Source of the DNA: Lysobacterales bacterium
GTDB taxonomy: Bacteria > Pseudomonadota > Gammaproteobacteria > Nevskiales > Salinisphaeraceae
Direction of reading: 5' to 3'
Assembly (NCBI GenBank): GCA_002715985.1
Contig: PBAO01000034.1
Coordinates: 703-64,702 of the forward strand
Length of the DNA stretch: 64,000 nucleotides
A program made the position numbers and the translations under genes. Positions 58,775 to 64,000 of this stretch are shown here, one piece after another. Positions within the stretch are counted from its first letter, which is position 1; each line of letters opens with the position of its first letter. The notes below the pieces were generated by a model that saw nothing but the letters and a program-made list of their open reading frames with translations, searched no databases and was not told where the DNA came from.

Positions 58775-59758
58775 CTACTCGTGGCCGGCGATGCGATGCG
58801 GCACGTAGGGCGCTTCAAGCTTTTCGCGCTCGTCGGCGGTCAGCTCGATATCCAGTGCGGCGATCGCATCGTCCAGATGATGGCTTTTCGAGGCACCCAC
58901 GATCGGAGCGGTGATCTGAGGATGGCCGGCTACCCAGGCCAAGGCGATCTGGGCCATCGATACGCCGCGGGCCTCGGCGACGTCGCGTACCGCGGCCACG
59001 ACGTTGTCGTCGGACTCCGCGGCCCCGAGCTGCCATTTCTCGGTCATGTTGTCCGTCTGGCTGCGCGTGGACTGGCCGTCAGCCCCCTGTTTCTTGCCCG
59101 CCAGTACGCCGCGGGCCAGCGGGCTCCAGGGAATCACACCCACCCCCTGATCCGCGCATAACGGCAGCATCTCGCGCTCTTCCTCACGATAGACCAGGTT
59201 GACCATCGGCTGCATGGTCACGAACTGGGTCCAGCCGTTGCGCGCGGCCACTTCCTGGCACTTGGCGAACTGCCAGGCATACATCGAGGAGGCGCCGATA
59301 TATCGCGCCTTGCCGGCCTTGACCACGTCGTGCAGAGCTTCCATGAACTCTTCGACCGGCGTGTCGTAATCAAAGCGGTGGATCTGGTACAGATCGACGT
59401 GATCGGTGCCCAGACGCGTGAGCGAGGCATCGATGGCGTGCAGGATGTGCTTGCGCGACAGCCCGCGGTTGTTGGGGCCGTCGCCCATCGGGTTGTAGAC
59501 CTTGCTGGCCAGCACGAAATCCTCGCGATCGGCATAGTCCAGCAGGGCTTTGCCCACTACGCGCTCGGATTCACCGAGTGAGTACATATCGGCCGTGTCG
59601 AAGAAATTGATGCCGGCGTCCAGCGCTTTCTTGATGAACGGCCGGCTGGCGTTTTCATCCAGCACCCACTCGCGCCATTCGGGCGTGCCGTAGGTCATGG
59701 TCCCCAGACACAGCGGTGACACCTTCATGCCGGTGGTGCCGAGTCGTTTGTACTGCAT
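58775..59758 (-). CDS. Aldo/keto reductase (YajO-like)
   Basis: LCLGTMTYG, FFDTADMYS, LYQIHRFD, GASSMYAWQF and PWSPLARG. Confidence 0.92.
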   Translation of the reverse strand: MQYKRLGTTGMKVSPLCLGTMTYGTPEWREWVLDENASRPFIKKALDAGINFFDTADMYSLGESERVVGKALLDYADREDFVLASKVYNPMGDGPNNRGLSRKHILHAIDASLTRLGTDHVDLYQIHRFDYDTPVEEFMEALHDVVKAGKARYIGASSMYAWQFAKCQEVAARNGWTQFVTMQPMVNLVYREEEREMLPLCADQGVGVIPWSPLARGVLAGKKQGADGQSTRSQTDNMTEKWQLGAAESDDNVVAAVRDVAEARGVSMAQIALAWVAGHPQITAPIVGASKSHHLDDAIAALDIELTADEREKLEAPYVPHRIAGHE

Positions 59759-59875
59759 AACGTATTCTCGTCAAAAGATTGTGTACTACATTAATTTCTG
59801 CCTTCGAGGACCACAAGTGCTTGCGACGCTTCAGGTATGCTGCGCATCCCATTGCCGCATCAAGAGGCAGCCGGC

Positions 59876-60457
59876 GTGTCCGAGCGTATTTCCCTGACTG
59901 AGCTGCTCAAGGACCTGGAGGATGCAGGCGAGGGCGACGAACTCTCGATCGCCGAGGTGCTGGAGACAATCGGTGAGCGCGGTTATGCCCCGATCACGCT
60001 GATTCTCTCTCTTCTGGCGGCCCTGCCGACAGGAGCCGTGCCGGGCATACCCACGGTGTGTGGCCTGTCGATCGCCTTGATCTCGGTCCAGATGGTTTTC
60101 GGTAAACGCTATCCCTGGTTACCGGACAAGCTCAAGCGCATGTCGATTCGGCGCGAGCGCTATTCGCGCGTGGCCGACAGGATCACCCCCTGGACCCAGC
60201 GGCTGGACCGGCTGGTCAAGCCGCGGCTGGAAACACTCGTGGGCCCGGTGGCCATTCGGCTGATCGGGTTATTCTTCGTGGCCCTGGCGGCCTGTATGCC
60301 GCCGCTGGAAATTCTGCCGTTTGCGGCTGCGGCCCCCGCGGGAGCCATCGCATTCATCAGTCTGGGGCTGGCCGGGCGTGACGGGCTCTGGGTGTTGTTG
60401 GGCTTGATCCCGGCGGGCGTCGGCGCGTGGCTTGTATATTCCATGCTGCCCGGCTGA
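59876..60457 (+). CDS. ExoD-family membrane protein
   Basis: IGERGYAP, TGAVPG, PWLP, MPPLEILPF and RDGL; probable GTG start. Confidence 0.85.
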   Translation: MSERISLTELLKDLEDAGEGDELSIAEVLETIGERGYAPITLILSLLAALPTGAVPGIPTVCGLSIALISVQMVFGKRYPWLPDKLKRMSIRRERYSRVADRITPWTQRLDRLVKPRLETLVGPVAIRLIGLFFVALAACMPPLEILPFAAAAPAGAIAFISLGLAGRDGLWVLLGLIPAGVGAWLVYSMLPG

Positions 60458-60480
60458 CCCATCATGCCCGGCTCGCCGAC

Positions 60481-61317
60481 TCAGACAGACTGGCAGACAG
60501 GGCAGTAGTACAGCCGCCGACTGGCGACATCGATCCGCTCAATGGGCGTGGCGCATTCGTAGCAGGGCTGGCCGGCGCGGGCGAACACCATGTGGCGACG
60601 CGCGCCGTGTCGCTTGCCCTGTTGTTTCAGCCATGCGACGCGCTCGGGCGTATTCGTCACGCCTTTGAGCTCATAGGCCCGCCAGATGAGCGTGAGCACG
60701 GCCTCGGCCAGTTGATCCTGTTGAGCGTGACTTAGATCGGCCGGGCGTTTCTTGGGGGCGAGGCCGGCCACGAACAGGATCTCCGATCGCAGATAATTGC
60801 CGATACCGGCGATAAAGCCCTGATCCAGCAACAACCCGCCTAGCGCGCGCCTGGCAAAGGTGGCATCGGCGATGCGTGCCTTGATATCGGCACATGTGAG
60901 TGCCTGGTTGAGCGGATCCGGGCCCAGCTTGTTGAGGTAACCGATGCTCTCCAGATCATTCGGGCGCACCAGGCGAATATCCGAAGCACTGTACAGACGC
61001 GCGGCCTTGTTGTCGGTCACGACCGCGAATCGCAGCTGGCGATTGGTCTTGGGCTCGGTCTCGGCCTTGGTGATGCGCCATTTGCCGTAGAGCTGGTTGT
61101 GGCTGTACACACACCACGGCCCGTCATCGCCGCGTGCAGCGAAATAGATCAGCACCGCCTTGCCGCGGGCCGATACGCCGGTCACGCGGCGGCCGGCCAG
61201 CGCAGCCTCGAAACCCTTGAGGCGCTCAAAGGCAAAAAACACCGAGCGCGCGTCGCGCTTGGCCACGGCCCTGGCGATGTCGTCGACCATACGGCGTATT
61301 TCCGGACCTTCGGGCAT
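60481..61317 (-). CDS. nei: Endonuclease VIII
   Basis: MPEGPEIRR, RGKA, YSHNQLYG, GIGNYLRSEIL and a C-terminal zinc finger. Confidence 0.93.
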   Translation of the reverse strand: MPEGPEIRRMVDDIARAVAKRDARSVFFAFERLKGFEAALAGRRVTGVSARGKAVLIYFAARGDDGPWCVYSHNQLYGKWRITKAETEPKTNRQLRFAVVTDNKAARLYSASDIRLVRPNDLESIGYLNKLGPDPLNQALTCADIKARIADATFARRALGGLLLDQGFIAGIGNYLRSEILFVAGLAPKKRPADLSHAQQDQLAEAVLTLIWRAYELKGVTNTPERVAWLKQQGKRHGARRHMVFARAGQPCYECATPIERIDVASRRLYYCPVCQSV

Positions 61318-61357
61318 CGATTGTCCTGTCGCGAAACCAGCGCCTTGCTACGAGCGA

Positions 61358-62560
61358 TCAGAAGAAAGCGATGAAGCCCTTGATGATGAAGGCATTGGCG
61401 ATATCGATCAGAAACCCGCCCACGACGGGCACGATGATGAAGGCCAGGCGAGAGGGCCCGTGCTGGTCGGTCACCGCCTGCATGTTGGCGATCGCCGTGG
61501 GCGTGGCCCCCATGCCGAAGCCACAGTTGCCGGCCACCAGCACCGCGGCATCGTAATCCCGGCCCATCAGCCGATAGGTGACCTGTGTGGTGTAGACGAA
61601 GACCAATACCAACTGAGCGATCAGAATCACCAGAATCGGCCCGGCCAGACCGGCCAGCTCCCAGAGCTTGAGCGACATAAGCGCCAGCGCCAGAAAGATC
61701 GACAACGACAAATTGCCGATTTCGGCCACACTCGGCCCGTGCGGCCTGTACAGCCCGGTCATGCGCGAGACGTTGCCGATCACGATGGTTGTGAACAGCA
61801 CCCACACGAACGTCGGTAGATAGAACACCGTGCCTTCGGACACCCCCGTCAGCCAGTGCCCCAGGGCGATACCGACCAGCAGGATCGCCAGTGCCGGCAG
61901 CACGTTGGCGCTGGTCACATTCTGGGTGGCACCGCTGTTACCGGCCGCCACCGCCTCGGTGTCCGTTTCCGGCGCGCTTGTCCTGATCGGCTCGCCGCGG
62001 GCCTTCATGCGGCGAATCAGAAAATGCGCGGCCGGCCCGCCGATCAACGAGCCGAACACAAGCCCGAAGGTGGCACAGGCCATGGCCAGTTCGAAGGCAT
62101 TGTCGATCCCGTAACGCTCACCGAAGACACCGGCCCAGGCCGCGCCCGTACCGTGCCCGCCAGACATGGTGATCGAGCCGCCCAGCAGCCCCAGAAGCGG
62201 GTCCAGGCCAAAGGCACTGGCAATGCCGACCCCCACGAGGTCCTGCAGCACGAGCAACACCACCACCAGAGCAAAGAACAACAGCAACGCCCGCCCGCCG
62301 GCGCGAATCAGCTTGATATCCGCGGCCAGGCCGATCGTGCCGAAGAACAACAGCATGAACGGCTCTTGCAGACCGCCGTAAAAAGACAGCTCGATGCCCA
62401 GCGTGCGCAGTAACGTGACGATGACCGTCGCGATCAGCCCGCCGACCACCGGCACCGGAATATTGAAGGTCCGCAGAAAACCGATGTGTCGGACAGCCTG
62501 CTGGCCGACGACAAGCACGGCCACAGCCGCAAGCAGAGTGAGAATCGGGTTGAAGACCAT
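61358..62560 (-). CDS. gltS: Sodium/glutamate symporter
   Basis: IPVPVVGG, SGGHGTG, ACATFGL and GFGMGATPTAIANM. Confidence 0.93.
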   Translation of the reverse strand: MVFNPILTLLAAVAVLVVGQQAVRHIGFLRTFNIPVPVVGGLIATVIVTLLRTLGIELSFYGGLQEPFMLLFFGTIGLAADIKLIRAGGRALLLFFALVVVLLVLQDLVGVGIASAFGLDPLLGLLGGSITMSGGHGTGAAWAGVFGERYGIDNAFELAMACATFGLVFGSLIGGPAAHFLIRRMKARGEPIRTSAPETDTEAVAAGNSGATQNVTSANVLPALAILLVGIALGHWLTGVSEGTVFYLPTFVWVLFTTIVIGNVSRMTGLYRPHGPSVAEIGNLSLSIFLALALMSLKLWELAGLAGPILVILIAQLVLVFVYTTQVTYRLMGRDYDAAVLVAGNCGFGMGATPTAIANMQAVTDQHGPSRLAFIIVPVVGGFLIDIANAFIIKGFIAFF

Positions 62561-62669
62561 GCGAGAGGGCATCCGGAAGAAAAGCAAAACGGGGGGGGCG
62601 ATAACGCGACCCGTCAGACATGCTACGGTCGCATACATGAACTCGCTACACAGACCATCGGAGTCTTGA

Positions 62670-63296
62670 ATGAGAACCACGCAATTGATCGCGACCGCGG
62701 CACTCACCGGCCTGTTCGCCGCCCCAGCGCTGGCAGCCCCCGCCGATCTGAAAACCGGCACCTACGATATCGACCCCAGTCATAGCTATGCCTATTTCTC
62801 GGTCGATCACATGGGCCTGTCGACCCTTCAGGGCCGGATTCATATCGAAGACGGCAGCACCATCCAGATTGCCGATGATCTCGATCAGAGCCAGGTCAAC
62901 GTCATGCTCGATCCGGCCAGTGTGAATACCGGGCACGACCTGCGTGACAAGCACCTGCGTGAAACCGAGGGCTTCTTCGAGGTCGAGAAATACCCCGAGA
63001 TGTCGTTCGAATCGACGTCGGTCGCCTTCGATGACGACGGCGAGGCCAAGGTCGTCGGCGACCTGACCCTCCACGGCCAGACCCATGAAGTCACGCTCGA
63101 TGTCGAGGACATGAACTGTCGCGTCAACCCGATGGAAAAGACCCGGTATACCTGTGGTTTCTCGGCCGAGACCGAGATCGACCGCACCGACTACGGCATG
63201 GATGCCTACAGCAAGCTGGTCGGCACCCAGATCGCGATCGGTCTGGAAGTCGAGGCCAATATGCCGATGGATGATACCGACAGCGATGAAAGCTAG
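62670..63296 (+). CDS. YceI family (isoprenoid-binding) periplasmic protein
   Basis: Signal peptide; IDPSHS, RDKHLR, GDLTLHG.T and IDRTDYG. Confidence 0.9.
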   Translation: MRTTQLIATAALTGLFAAPALAAPADLKTGTYDIDPSHSYAYFSVDHMGLSTLQGRIHIEDGSTIQIADDLDQSQVNVMLDPASVNTGHDLRDKHLRETEGFFEVEKYPEMSFESTSVAFDDDGEAKVVGDLTLHGQTHEVTLDVEDMNCRVNPMEKTRYTCGFSAETEIDRTDYGMDAYSKLVGTQIAIGLEVEANMPMDDTDSDES

Positions 63297-63319
63297 TCGG
63301 CGATTGCCATAGCGCAATG

Positions 63320-63347
63320 AAAAGCCGACTCTCGAGTCGGCTTTTTT
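63320..63347. terminator. Bidirectional terminator
   Basis: AAAAGCCGACT-CTCG-AGTCGGCTTTTTT between convergent genes. Confidence 0.75.
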
Positions 63348-63408
63348 GTATCGGCGACGCCGGGGCGCAGCGCTGCAGTCAAGACAGGCCTCGGCCGCCG
63401 ATCGGCCA

Positions 63409-64000
63409 TCAGCCCTGCTTGGCCTCCAGCACTTCCCAGCGTTCGAACGCGGCTTCTAGCGCCTGTTCGGCCTGTGTATGCGCAGCCGTGGCTCTTTTCA
63501 CCGCCGCGGGATCCTGATCGTAGAATCCGGGCGCACCGATGGTGGCCTCGTGTTCGGCGATCTCTTTTTCCAGCTTGTCGATGGTACGCGGGAGCTCGCG
63601 CAATTCCTTGCGCTCGGCGGTGGTGAGCGTAGCCGCCGATCTGGCAGCGGCCGGTTTGCGGGACGCCGGCGTGGTTTTCTTGGCTGCGGATTTGCTCGTC
63701 GTGCCCGGTGCGGCTGCGGCAGGGCGCTGGCGCAGGTAGTCGGAATAGCCGCCGACGTAGTCGCCCACGCGGCCGTCGCCTTCCATCACCAGTGAGCTGG
63801 TAACGACGTTGTCGAGAAAGGCACGGTCGTGCGAGACCAGCAGCAGGGTGCCCTCGAAATTGATCAGGCGCTCTTCGAGCAGCTCCAGTGTTTCCACGTC
63901 GAGATCGTTCGTGGGCTCGTCCATGACCAGCAGATTGGCCGGGCGGGTGAACAGCTTGGCCAGCAGCAGGCGGTTGCGTTCGCCGCCGGAGAGTACGTGC
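63409..64000 (-). CDS. uup: ABC-F ATPase Uup, 3' part (partial)
   Basis: LSGGERNRLLLAKLFTRPANLLVMDEPTNDLD, VSHDRAFLDN and a C-terminal coiled coil; the start lies beyond the window. Confidence 0.9.
   Translation of the reverse strand, partial: HVLSGGERNRLLLAKLFTRPANLLVMDEPTNDLDVETLELLEERLINFEGTLLLVSHDRAFLDNVVTSSLVMEGDGRVGDYVGGYSDYLRQRPAAAAPGTTSKSAAKKTTPASRKPAAARSAATLTTAERKELRELPRTIDKLEKEIAEHEATIGAPGFYDQDPAAVKRATAAHTQAEQALEAAFERWEVLEAKQG

Overview
High-GC gammaproteobacterial chromosome segment. Several osmoprotectant transporters suggest a halophile, possibly Salinisphaera-like (inference only). The main feature is a ~27 kb lipid supercluster at 3713-30994. It holds (i) a hopanoid operon led by a single-ORF fusion of a one-step squalene synthase and squalene-hopene cyclase, with hpnG, hpnN, hpnA, hpnH, hpnB and hpnM; (ii) a complete 2-aminoethylphosphonate (AEP) cassette nested inside that operon, comprising PEP mutase fused to a nucleotidyltransferase, phosphonopyruvate decarboxylase, AEP transaminase, a second cytidylyltransferase and an HpnL-like membrane protein, plus a CDP-alcohol phosphotransferase coupled between hpnN and hpnA; and (iii) a mevalonate pathway with an HMG-CoA reductase-mevalonate kinase fusion, idi and a divergent ispA. 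The best candidate for an undescribed system is a pathway to a phosphonate-headed hopanoid; an AEP-glycerolipid co-regulated with hopanoids is the alternative. The rest of the window is mostly housekeeping and transport (xth, ampG, TRAP, trmB, a thiS-thiG fusion, asmA, mutY, yggX, tRNA-Phe, proVWX, nei, gltS, uup). It also contains two short repeat families: a CTAG-bounded MITE whose ends supply stop codons, and a CGCAGAT-periodic inverted repeat. All functions are assigned by motif recognition; no database searches were run.
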